Below are positions 1-11,605 of a stretch of DNA of 64,000 bases, one piece after another. The stretch's first letter is position 1. Each line of letters opens with the position of its first letter. The translations under genes and the position numbers were made by a program. The notes beneath the pieces are model-generated. The model made no database searches. It saw only the letters and a list, made by a program, of their open reading frames with translations, and was not told the origin of the DNA. Origin of the DNA: Azolla caroliniana (Eukaryota > Plantae > Polypodiophyta); assembly GCA_043228905.1 (NCBI GenBank), contig JBHGNT010000003.1, positions 6,696,001 through 6,760,000 on the forward strand, in the 5' to 3' direction.

Positions 1-1005
1 GAGTTGCTCTTGAGTGCTAGAATCACCATACTCTCCTTCTCCTCTTTCTGGTTTAGGCTCTGATACTACCACATCTATATCACCCGAAGAAGCAAAGAAG
101 AACAGCCGGAGTCTACTACTATCACCCACCTTTTCACACTCTTCTATCATATTCTGCATATCATCATCCGATGTCACAGAAATCAATGCATCAAGATCTT
201 CATTGGGAAGCTGATATTTAAGCCTGAATGGCCCTGTCAAATTAGAACCACTACTAAAGTAGCCGATCAGTTTACTCATAACATCACGAAACGAGGCTTT
301 TCTTGCGACATTCAAGATATGAGTAACTCCTCCTACATATCTGAGCTTCCCATCCATCGGCCGAGGCATGATCTTTCCACCAAAACTACACATTAACTTG
401 ATTTGATTATTGGTCGAAACCTTAAACCTAGCCGAATCAGCATCCACACCACCAATGGAGTTTATTCGAGCGGATGACAGGTCAGAATCGGAATGGGAAC
501 GCAAAGTTGATACTTTTAATGGATCACCATGCTGCTTCCCCTTTACTGCGGTATGATTTTTCTGATTCATAGGGTCTAAGGGATACCCCATTGGATGGGT
601 AGTATCTTCGTGCTCGTGGTGATGATCAAAGGAATTAGAGCTAGGGTTAGAACTTACCTCAGAAAGACGATGTGGTGGCCATGATGCTTTTTTGCTATCC
701 TTACTACGATTTTCTTCATTACCAATGCCATATCCTTCATCGCCATGGCTAATATGCGGAGGAGGACGGACAGGAAGATTCGGGAAGGTGTCGCTGGAGC
801 TGTCTAGGTCAGCGGAGAGGTGCTGCCGTGTGCAGAGATGATAAATTGGGGCAGGACATTCCTGATGGTGGTGGTGGTGGTGGTGACGAGGCAGATGTCG
901 AAGAGGAAGATGAGTATGGTGAGGATGATGATCAGGATATGGGATATGGCGAACCGATGGGGATGAGGAGGGTTCAAGGGGGATATGAGCAGTGGAGAAC
1001 TTCAT
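1..1005 (-). CDS. PB1-domain protein, 5' part (possibly the N-terminus of a PB1-containing Raf-like kinase); ORF runs off the left edge
   Basis: Manual translation from ATG 1005 is open for 335 codons to position 1. A His-rich N-terminus is followed by the plant PB1 signature IKLMCSFGGKIMPRPMDGKLRYVGG...LKYQLPNEDLDALISVTSDDDMQNMIEE...RLRLFF. It is absent from the ORF track because there is no stop in the window. No kinase domain is visible. Confidence 0.9.
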   Translation of the reverse strand, partial: MKFSTAHIPLEPSSSPSVRHIPYPDHHPHHTHLPLRHLPRHHHHHHHQECPAPIYHLCTRQHLSADLDSSSDTFPNLPVRPPPHISHGDEGYGIGNEENRSKDSKKASWPPHRLSEVSSNPSSNSFDHHHEHEDTTHPMGYPLDPMNQKNHTAVKGKQHGDPLKVSTLRSHSDSDLSSARINSIGGVDADSARFKVSTNNQIKLMCSFGGKIMPRPMDGKLRYVGGVTHILNVARKASFRDVMSKLIGYFSSGSNLTGPFRLKYQLPNEDLDALISVTSDDDMQNMIEECEKVGDSSRLRLFFFASSGDIDVVVSEPKPERGEGEYGDSSTQEQL

Positions 1006-1021
1006 GAGAAGACCATGAATC

Positions 1022-1213
1022 AGAAGAAGAAGAAGAAGAAGAAGAAGAATGGATTAGGTCAAGCACTGTTCTGTGTGTTTCTGTGTGTGTGCTTTCTTTC
1101 TATTTTATTTTAGAGGGGGGTTATGGCTATGGCGATGGCGAAAGCTCGGGCTGGTTTTTTGCTGCTACTCTGTTCTCTTCCTTCTGAAGAAGAAGAAGAA
1201 GAAGAAGAAGAAG
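1022..1213. repeat. Two (GAA)n/(TTC)n microsatellites in the likely 5' UTR of the PB1 gene
   Basis: GAA runs at ~1022-1049 and ~1186-1213. Confidence 0.85.
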
Positions 1214-1599
1214 AGTAGAGAGAGGAGAGAGAAATTAAAATTAAATTGGTTTTTAAAAAAACAAAAATCAATTATTGAGATCCCATTTATATTTTCCCAT
1301 TTTCTTTTTAAAATTTATTTGCACGCGATACATAATTTTGTTTTTTTAAAGACACGTAAACCAACCTTTTGATTTGTAATTCTTTTTATTTATCTCAATT
1401 ATCTTAAAATCGTTTTTTATTTTTTGTTCATTCAATTGTTTTTTAAAACTCTTTATTTATTTATTTTTGCCATTTATTTTCACTTATTTTTCCTTTTTTT
1501 CTTGTTTTATTTTCCACGCAATAATTTAGAGACACGTAAAGCTTTATTATTCATATTTTTCTCAATTATGTCGCAATTTCACCTCTTCGTCTTTTCTTA

Positions 1600-1945
1600 A
1601 TTACAATTTGTAATTGTAAATTCTAGTTCCAATTTTAATTGTAAATTCTAATTTCGATTAATTGTAAATTCTAGTTCCAATTTTAATTGTAAATTCTAAT
1701 TTCGATTAATTGTAAATTCTAGTTCCAATTTTAATTGTAAATTCTAATGCCAATTGTAATTGTAAATTCTAATTTCAATTGTAATTGTAAATTCTAGTTC
1801 CAATTTTAATTGTAAATTCTAATGCCAATTGTAATTGTAAATTCTAATTCTAATTCTAATTTCAAATTTTAATTCTAATTTCTATTTTAATTATAAATCT
1901 AGTGTCAATCCTAATCCTAACTCTAATTTCCATTCTGATTCTAAA
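1600..1945. repeat. AT-rich minisatellite with 23-25 bp units (AATTGTAAATTCTA...)
   Basis: About 10 degenerate copies of aattgtaaattcta(g/a)t.., decaying into shorter TTCTAA-like units. Confidence 0.85.
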
Positions 1946-4900
1946 TTTATATAGTATTTTTAATTGAATTTATTTTCGCGTAAAAAACATCGACATATGT
2001 ATGTACTATATAATATATTATTAATTTAATATTTTAGATATTTATATAATATTTTTATTTGTTTTTTGGAAAAACAAAAAACGTTTTAATTGATTTATTT
2101 TCCCTAAAAAAACATCACATATGTACTGTACTATCTTATTATTATTATTATTATTATTATTGTTTATTGTTATTATTCCTCTTTATCTTTGTTTCTTTTT
2201 CTACCTTTTTTTATTATTATGAGAAATTATTTCCTTAAAGGCTTAAATCGAGATTACTAAAAACAGAACAAAAATAAGAATTTAAAGACCATACCCAGAC
2301 CTTTGGATTGCTATTTACTTTTGGGTGATTTAAACGTGTGTTCCATGTGTGAGGAAATGACAAGCCTTCGGTGTCTCAGTTCCTCTAGATTTTGTTATTA
2401 GGCCCATACGTCCCGAAGAGACATTACAGAGACAGAGACAGAAACAGAAATAGAAACAAACAGATAAACCCTAAACCCAAGAGGCTACGAACGGATGCTT
2501 TGTAAGTCTCCTATGAGGTCAATAGACATGTAGGTATAATATTGATACTAGCTCCCTACCTGGCATCAATCAAGCAACGACAACTAATCACCCATATTTT
2601 GTACATGTTCATGGACAACTTGGTACCTCGAGTTATATATACAAATAACTTTCTCTCTTGCCAATCCAATGCAGGGTGTGTCGATTTAATCAAGGACTTG
2701 CGTGATAGTTATGATGATGTACTACTTGGTCAATCTCTAATCACTGCCAATGACGGGGTTCGGCAAATGTCTGTGCTAGAATAGCTCCTTAGCTTTGAGA
2801 CTGGAATAGGGTCGAGCGAAAGGGGGGAGGGGCGGTGGTCCTTTGCATGCTTATGTTATGAGTGATATGATAGCTTTCAGTTTGGGAGGGGGTGGACGTG
2901 GAAATCATGGCAATCAACTGCCAAACTATATAATTGCACCAACAAGAGTCTCTCATCTTCAATCCATACGAAAATGTACTAGATACAACATGAATCATCA
3001 TCATGGAAGAGGGTTAACAAATACTAACTGCCGAAGGTTGAATCGAGAATCAATGTTTGAGCAACTTATTCTCCTATTATGATCATGGAAATATTATCAA
3101 TAAGACGTGTGGCATAGAAGCTTGACATAAGAAGTGGGAAATCAAATAATGGCTTCGCCTAAATAAGGATGAATATACCATTGAATATTCGATACAAATT
3201 TGAGTTCAAAGAACATCATGAGAACATCTTTGTAATTTGTTGATATTGTCAAGAGTGTTTTCATTTACTTCTTAGGTGCTTACGTATATAATATTTGACT
3301 TTCAGTAAACTCCATAATGTATCGCTCAATTATCGAGATGGTTTTCTATTTAATATTATCCTTGCTTTCCATAATGTCATTTCTTTACTGTCAAGGGTGG
3401 TTTTTGAATTATAACTTTTGACTTATTCATTTCACACCTTCATGAATTGAGCCATATCTTCATCATTGTGTTGTCCACAATTTAAGCCCTATCACGCACA
3501 ATTATTAGCCATTTTATTGTCTCATCGCACTCTCTACCTATTCACCATAATTTATAACGAAGATGATACAAACGAGTATGCGTGCAACACATTGTGTTTC
3601 ACACATGACATCATCTTGTTTCAATTAAGTCATGTACATTACAAATGTCATGCTTAGTTCCCTACATCATTTCCTTAACTGAGTTCAAAAGAAGATTCTC
3701 ATTCGACGAGTAGCGCTCCATGTGTTATTGATGACTTCACTTACAAATAGGTTTTATCTCTGGACTATGCGGGCCATGTTGAAATATATATCAACCACGT
3801 TGCTTTAACATATTGATCAAATGACACGAAAAATTGTATGAAATTCAAGAACATAAAGACATCTTACAATGAACAATATTTTGACTTGCCTTTTGAAGAT
3901 GTAGTGACACGTCCAAATTGTTTTGGACCACAACGTCAATTTATCCAAGCAATTAGACTTTGTTAGTTCTTAACTCTTAATAGGCATTTTTCTTTTCTTT
4001 TCTCGACACTACTTTCTCAGACAACTAGGGTTACCTACATGAAATGAAGAAAATGAATAGTAAGCGAGATATTTTGAGGTAAGGAACCGTGGTGGCATTA
4101 TATATATGGATAACATTTTAAATGAAGTAAAATCAACACGGTTTCTAGCCCAAATTGAACCCAATGCAATAAAGGTTGGCAATTCAAGTCCTCATTGCGA
4201 AAACAATCTTTTTCCTAAAGGACAAGGTTCCAATGAATATTTAGGTGATGAAGTTCCTATTCAATGCCTTCAAATAACTCATGGTGTTTAAGCTTCATTA
4301 TTTCATTGAAGATTCATATATTAATTGTAAATAAAACTAATACAAATAAGGGTTGTACATCGATAGAATCATAGAAACGTGGCAACCATATCAAGAACAT
4401 AATTTGCATGGATCTGACATATGAGCAAAGATTCAAATGGTTGGGTAGCCACACGGGCGAGCAAACCTAACAATAGGAAAGAACCACATTTTTCAACAAA
4501 GCATGTTCCACACATATGATCCCTTGTTCTTTTATGGTCACCTAACCTCAAAAGCTAGGGTATATGTACTAAATGTAGGCTGCATATATATTATTGAACT
4601 GATCCCATTTAATTCACTTTATTCATTTGATGACGCGGATTGCACCTGTTGCCACCTCACTTTTTGGCTTGCAATCACGAATGGTGAGGAGTTGGAACAT
4701 TAGTAGGAGCCTCGTTCCTAGAGATAGTGTGCGTACATACATACATATATTCATATATACATACATACATACAACATCAAGGATAGTTTTATAAACCAAA
4801 ATAGACGAATTATATCACATGTTGTTCAATATAAAAAAACACAATTGCCCACATCAATATGGATCATGAAAGAAAACATACATAGGGGCTGATGTCTACA

Positions 4901-6062
4901 TTGACCATGTAGTGTAACTATTTTCTTCGTGAATTCCTGAATTTATACATGCATGTTTCCTTTCATACATATTCATTCTTATTGTGTTTGCCTTCAAGAA
5001 ATAGCTATTGGTGGGAAGAAAACATGAAAAAATAACAATGTGCATTATTCTCGACATGATGTTTAATTTCATCGAGATGCAAGCTTTCGTCACTACTATT
5101 CTTGTGTTTCACGATTGATTAAATCCATTAGAAAGGTTTTTGAGTTTATGCTCATCACGAATAACCTTTCACATCAATAACAAATTGCATCGAGGAATAT
5201 GCAAAGGTATGACAATCAATAGATATTTACCACAATTTAATCCTTTTGTATTTGACTTATGTTCTTATAACTTATATAATTCATCGCACAAAAGAGAAAA
5301 TGAAAAACATTAAACTATTTAAAGAAATTATTTATCAATTGATTGATTTGCTTATTCTTTCTCATTGTCTTCCATGTAACGACCTGTGTCTTTTGTTATG
5401 TAAATTTTGTCTCGTATGAATCCCTTGTCACCACAATATCTAAATGTGGGGCCATGTGAACATTAATTTGCCTTGTTTTTTTGAAACAAAACACCTTTAT
5501 ATTGATTGGATCCAACACAAGGACGTCTGATTTCTTCTTGCGTAATTGCATTATATGCATCCCTTTTAGAATTCGGAAAGACCCGTTGATATTGATTTTT
5601 TTGTTTTAAGCTCCTTTCGTGATTTCCAATGAACATTAAAAGCGATAAAGAGTATGAGATAAATCTCGTTACATGTATTTGTTATCAAATATGATTATTC
5701 TCCCATTGGTGAAGAGTATATTTTTATCAAGATCCTATATATGATTCTCATGTTTGGTACACGTCTCCAACATCCCTCGATGATATGTGACCACAAGAAA
5801 ACATCGTGAAATTATCAATTGATAGTATCTAAAGTTTTTTTTTTAACATGGAGGGGACTTAGTGATTCTATTCAACTACACGATATTGGGCAACGATAGT
5901 ACGTATAATTTCTACATTAATTAATTTGATATATTATATGATCTTCAATCTCTTACTTCCGTGTATGTTATTAAGTTATTTGGATAGATAAATGAATACA
6001 CCTTAGATGCAACAATAATCTCTCTCTTTTTTGGTTAAAACATGCGATATATTAGTAGAAAT

Positions 6063-6478
6063 TGTTGGGAAATCGGTCCCTCTGAATGGGATCCGGTGAT
6101 GAATGAAGAGGACCTAGTGAGAACCGGAAGAGATGCGGAAACCGGAGGAGAGCCGGTGAGAACCAGAAGAGAAGACATATTTGTAAATATGTTTTGAGTA
6201 AGCCTATTGAGGCTATAATTGTAAATAGCCCTAAGTTCATATAAGTATAAATATGACTTAGGGCAATCACTTTAGTGTGACGTAGGAGAGTGTGTGGTTG
6301 TAATTGTTGTACAATAAGCGTGCGTGTGCGTGCGTGCGTGCGTGATATAGAGTGATACTCTGTTGTAACCGCCACGTTGCGAAGAAACAAAGCTCGAGGT
6401 CGTTGCCTCAGAGTCTCTGATTGTACCCTCTTTTCTTCATAGTGATAGTTTGGAGTCTGTGGGATCCCGTGTTTTTTC
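6063..6478 (+). mobile_element. Copia LTR A, 5' part (old solo or fragmentary LTR split by element B)
   Basis: Starts TGTTGGGAAATCGGTCCCTC like LTRs E and D, and shares gacatatt..aatatg, tataaatatgacttagggcaa and gatagtt..ggagtc blocks. Interrupted at 6479. Confidence 0.8.
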
Positions 6479-6876
6479 TGTTGAGAGACAAGCTCAACAT
6501 CGGCCGGATCGGCTGAAGAAGCCGAGGACCGGATTGGTTGGGACCGATCGGTTAGGCCGAGTGCGTAAACCGGGAGGCCGTTAGGAAAGATATTCCGTGA
6601 GGAATATATTTGGGAGTTAGTGTAGGAGCTCTTAAAGAGCATTGAAGTACGGTCAGTACTTCGGTCAGTCCTTCGAGGACTTGTATTAAAGTGTTCATAG
6701 AACACACATATGTATATAGCGTTGTATCGAGATTGAGTGAGTTGTTGAATATAGTTCTTGTGTTTTCTCTCTCTGTCTCTCCCGCGTATACTGCGTAAGC
6801 TCAAGCTCTCCATTAAACCTGAGTGTTCTTCCTTCTGTTCTATCTTTATACTTGCTTCCGCACGCTACTTTCTACA
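6479..6876 (+). repeat. 5' LTR of copia B (398 bp)
   Basis: Direct repeat of 23908-24290 with about 5 substitutions and a 15-bp indel. Confidence 0.95.
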
Positions 6877-6951
6877 TGGTATCAGAGCGAGAGGGTTGAG
6901 AACCTCTCTGCAGCCGACACAGCTTGACGAAGAAGAACGATGGATAGAGGC

Positions 6952-8653
6952 ATGGCGAGCTCGCTTCTAATAGAGAAGCTCGACAGAACCAACTACGCGT
7001 CTTGGTCCTACAAGATGCACCAGTACCTGCTCGGGCACGACTACTGGATTTATGTTGAAGGAGCTAATGACGCGGCACCCGAATCGACACACAAAGACTT
7101 CCCGTCATGGGAGCAATCGGCGAGCAGGGTATTATACTGCTTCGTGTCGTGTGTGGGCGAACAACTATTGAGCTATGTTCGGGATGCAAAGACGCCGAAG
7201 GGTGCGTGGGAAAATCTGAAGAAGATTTTCGCCGCGAGCACCATAGCCAGGAAGCTTCAGCTCCGATAGGAGTTGAGCAACCTACGACAACGCGACTTGT
7301 CGGTGGCGGACTATACCTCGAAGATCAAGGATATTTGCGACTCCCTTGCCTCCATAGAGGTGAACATCGAGGAGAGCGAGATGGTTCAGATCTGTCTCGG
7401 AGGTTTGGCGTCGAAGTTCGGAGCGTTCCGAACGGCTGTGTGTACCCGGGAGAATACAGTCAATGCTCCTGGTAGAGGAGAACCACGCGGGTGCGTCTAC
7501 AAGCACGCACACTGACAGTAGAATGTTGTACACGGAGGGAGATAGGCCTCGTGGACGTGGAGGACGAGGCAAGTCAGCGCGCAATGGAGGCGGCCGACGA
7601 GATCAAGGAAGAAGGCACCAAACTGATGTCGACAACAACTCTGGATCCTCCGGAAACAGGGGGAGTCGAAGCGATGAGAACCGGCAAGGGAAGGCCATCG
7701 CGGAGTGCTGGTACTGTGGCAAGAAAGGCCACAGGGAAAGTGAGTGCTGGAAGAAGCGGGCCGATTCGGAGAGAACCGGTTCCGGAAACGGCTCCAGACA
7801 TACCGACAAGGGAAATCGGCAGCGATCGCACTACGCCGAAGACTCCGGGAGAGTTGGAGAAGGGTCTGCCTTCGTGACGAGACACGAAGCAAACTCAATG
7901 AAACAGAGCACCCCGAGATCGGACGAGGTGTGGTACGTAGACTCCGGCGCGTCAAACCACATGACGAGCCATAAGGAGTGGTTCTCGTACCTTGAAAAAC
8001 CGATACAACCTGGAGTAGTCGCAACAGGAGACGACACTCCGCATCCGATCGCGAATGTCGGAGAAGTTCCCCTTAGCCATGTCGGGCAGAGAGGGAAACT
8101 CATGAACGTGCTGCACGTCCCGACAATCACGAAAAACTTGGTCTCGGTCGGACAGATCGTCGGCCAAGGGATGGAGGTTCGGTTTACACACCTCGGGTGC
8201 TTCATTGAGGAATAAGGCCGTGTGATTGCGCAAGGGCGCAGAGACGGGAGGATGTTCATCCTCGATTCCACTGACGGCGGCACCGCAATGTTCGCGAAGG
8301 GACAAAAAACCGAGTCGAACATCGACTTGTGGCACAAGCGGATAGGCCACATCAACCACCAATGGCTTCAAGATCTGCAATCGAAACAGGTAGTGTTCGG
8401 ATTGCCCAAATTTAGTGGCCGAAAGGCACAAATTTGTGAAGCCTGCCAGCTCGGGAAGCAACACCGACTTCCCTTCCCCAACGAGCGAAACCGGAGCCGG
8501 AACAAGCTCGACCTTATACACTCCGATGTATGGGGGCCGGCACAAAACGTTAGTCTTGGCGGGAGCCGATATTTCGTCTCCTTCATCGACGACCACACGC
8601 GGCACACGTGGATCTACCTCATTGAGAGGAAGAGCGAAGTCTTCGACTGCTTT
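6952..8653 (+). pseudogene. Copia B gag-protease-integrase N-part (stops at 7267 and 8213, frameshift ~7460)
   Basis: LDRTNYASW gag start, CWYCGKKGHRESEC knuckle, WYVDSGAS protease, LWHKRIGH...CEAC HHCC motif, IHSDVWGP and FIDD integrase motifs. Confidence 0.92.
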
Positions 8654-9169
8654 TGTCGAATACAAGTGTATAATGGACGTATTCACACTATCCCTTTGTA
8701 TAGATCAAGTTTGGGCCATTTGTGTAATTAGCATAAATGGTAGTTGCCCTAAGTCGGTCACTATATATAGTGACCTTGTAACCTTTTTGTAAGGTTGGTT
8801 GTATTATTGTTTCTATTGAATAGAAAGAGTCTTTTGTGCCTCCTCTCTCTCTCTCTCTCTATCTCTGTGCACGATCTTCGATTCTGTCATACGTAGGTAT
8901 TCAAACTCGAATCGAATGCTTCTTGATCTTCCGCATTGACGGCCTTGTCTTCAACATCTGGTATCAGAGCCTGCACAGTATTCGGTCCTTCAACCCGCTG
9001 TCGGCCGTCGTCTCAGCCTGCACAACATTCGGTTTCTTGCGTCATTCGAAGAAGAGAGAAGAAGAAGAAAAACGAGGCTTGCATCTCATCGCGTTAGATC
9101 ATCTTCGCTTGGAGTAAGCCAGCCGGTTGTACTCTGTTCCTTATGATCGTAACCGCTCGAGGTGAAATC

Positions 9170-9783
9170 TGTTGGGATTTCGGTCCCTCCGGATGGGATG
9201 TCCGGAGATGAATGACGGCAAGCCCGGTTGCGGTTACGAAGCCGGATGATGAAGACCCCGGCTACGGAGCCGGATGATGAAGACCCCGGTTACGGAGCCG
9301 GATGACGAATGTACCCGGAGAGAGATCCGGATGCGGAGACATATTTATGAATATGTCTGCCAAGAGCCCTTGAGGCTATATTTGTAAATAGCCCGAAAGT
9401 CATATGTGTATAAATATGACTTAGGGCAAACAGTTGTTGTTGTTGCTCATTTTCTGTTTTCCACTAAGAGGGAGCGAAGTGAGAGCAGCCGAGAGAGAGT
9501 GAGAGAGAAGGAGGAAGGAAGAGGTCGACGCCTCTGTGTAATACCGCCGCCTGTGGCGAGGACAACGAGCTCAAGGTCGTCGCCTTGCAGCTCGCCATTG
9601 TACATTCCCGCGTATAGTGATAGTTGGAGTCTTGCACTCCCGTGGTTTTTTTCCCATTTAGGGTTTTCCACGTAAAACATCCAGTGTGCCCTTCTCTCTA
9701 TTGTTTTTCGTGCATTGTTGTATTTCCCGTTTTCTGTGAATCGATCCTGTTCCTCGGTTGTGGCCGAGCACGGAATTTCGACA
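9170..9783 (+). mobile_element. Solo LTR E (614 bp), related to the LTRs of element D
   Basis: TGTTGGGATTTCGGTCCCTCCGG...TTCGACA. Clearly homologous to the reverse complement of 11606-12304. No internal region and no 5-bp TSD. Confidence 0.88.
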
Positions 9784-9804
9784 AAGACACGGAATTTCGA
9801 CAAA

Positions 9805-10276
9805 GTATAGATCAAGTTTGGGCCATTTGTGTAATTAGCATAAATGGTAGTTGCCCTAAGTCGGTCACTATATATAGTGACCTTGTAACCTTTTTGTAAG
9901 GTTGGTTGTATTATTGTTTCTATTGAATAGAAAGAGTCTTTTGTGCCTCCTCTCTCTCTCTCTCTCTATCTCTGTGCACGATCTTCGATTCTGTCATACG
10001 TAGGTATTCAAACTCGAATCGAATGCTTCTTGATCTTCCGCATTGACGGCCTTGTCTTCAACATCTGGTATCAGAGCCTGCACAGTATTCGGTCCTTCAA
10101 CCCGCTGTCGGCCGTCGTCTCAGCCTGCACAACATTCGGTTTCTTGCGTCATTCGAAGAAGAGAGAAGAAGAAGAAAAACGAGGCTTGCATCTCATCGCG
10201 TTAGATCATCTTCGCTTGGAGTAAGCCAGCCGGTTGTACTCTGTTCCTTGTGATCGTAACCGCTCGAGGTGAAATC
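9805..10276 (+). repeat. 472-bp direct duplication of 8698-9169 (partial LTR C + PBS + leader)
   Basis: Constant offset of 1107 bp; identical 93-aa ORFs at 8836 and 9943; one mismatch seen (ttccttAtga vs ttccttGtga). Confidence 0.95.
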
Positions 10277-10760
10277 CCCTTGTGCAACATTGACACGATC
10301 GTGCTCCACTCGGTTAAACGGCATCCGAAGAGGTCATCAAACGCTGCTCGCCGCTCATTGTAACCACTCGGCGCAGATCGGTCTCAAGACAACAACCCAA
10401 ATTCGTGCTTCATCCGGCTGATCGACATTTGGGAGGATCAGTTGGATCCGTCTCTCTCGTCGCTGCAGTCACCCGAAGCAGAATCGGTCCAGACAATCGG
10501 TTTCAATAATCGGTATTTGGCATATATATTCGGAAGCGAACCGGGCTCACTCCGACTCGGCAACATTCGGGAAGACCAGTCGGTTCTGTCCCTCAAGTTA
10601 CCGGAGTCAATTCGAGCAAGTTCAACAATACATATATCCGAAGCCGAACCGACTCGGGTTCAAATCCGACTAGAACGATATCGGGTGAGCCAACCGGCTG
10701 CACTCCAACAAGGTTCGTAGTCAACTCCGAACCGAGCTTCGTCAACCGAAACCAAATTTG

Positions 10761-11605
10761 ATGGCATCAACATCCGGCTCGTCAGAAATGAGTCTACGAA
10801 AGTTCGATGGATCGAACTTCAACTTCTGGAAGGAGCAAATGCAAGACTATCTCATAGTCAAGGGGCAAATCGATCCCATCGAAAATGAAGAACCTCCAGA
10901 AGGATACAAACCAATTGAGTGGCAGAAGCTGGACAGAATCGTCCGCGCCACGATTCGGATGCACCTATCAGAATCGGTATACTTTACGGTGCAATCGTGT
11001 ACGACAGCATTCGAACTGTGGAAAACACTGTCGGACACTTACGAAAAGAAGGTCGCTGCAACAAAGATGTTTCTGATCCGGCGCCTCTACAACTTGCGGA
11101 TGAAAGAATCAGATTCGGTTCAAGCACATCTCAATGAGTACGAAAGCATAAGCTCCCAAATCTCATCTCAGGGGACGACAATCGAGGATGAACTCAGAGC
11201 AATGATACTTATGAGCAGCCTTCCCTCATCATGGGAAACTTTCGTCACAACCGTGTGCAACGCGTCAACCACGGCTGTTAAATACTCTGAAGTCACGAGC
11301 GCAATCCTGACTGAAGCAGCTCGGAGAAAGTCTTTCGCCAAAGACTCAACAGACGACGCTTATGTAGTACAAGGTTCGACAGACCGATCGAACATACGAG
11401 GAAGAGATTCCTCACGGCAGCCGAACAATCAGCGAAGACGGAGCCAGTCACGGGATAATCGAATCTGCAACTATTGCAAGAAACCCGGACACATCAAAGC
11501 CGACTGCCGCGCACTCAAGAACAAGAACGACAAGTCTCAGAAATCAGACAAGAAGAGTGGCCGGCATGAGGAGATCAATTACGTCAGCTTCTCAGCTGAT
11601 GTTCT
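10761..11605 (+). pseudogene. Copia C gag, interrupted by element D
   Basis: KFDGSNFNFWK gag start and CNYCKKPGHIKADC knuckle; the frame resumes after the TSD at 17123. Confidence 0.92.

Noticed and set aside
1600-1945. CRISPR-like appearance of the regularly spaced AT-rich repeat
   Set aside because: No unique spacers, no cas genes and a eukaryotic context; it is a minisatellite.
2400-5950. Possible decayed transposon coding DNA (for example minus-strand YCGDKGF near 5420-5450)
   Set aside because: Only isolated short motifs; no sustained frame, termini or TSD that I can support.
6052-6813. 253-aa minus-strand ORF (partial copy at 23886-24227)
   Set aside because: It spans the LTR A / LTR B junction antisense and has no protein motifs; an artefact of LTR sequence.
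8836-10224. Identical 93-aa ORFs at 8836 and 9943 suggesting a duplicated gene
   Set aside because: They lie in LTR C and its leader, and are explained by the 472-bp duplication.
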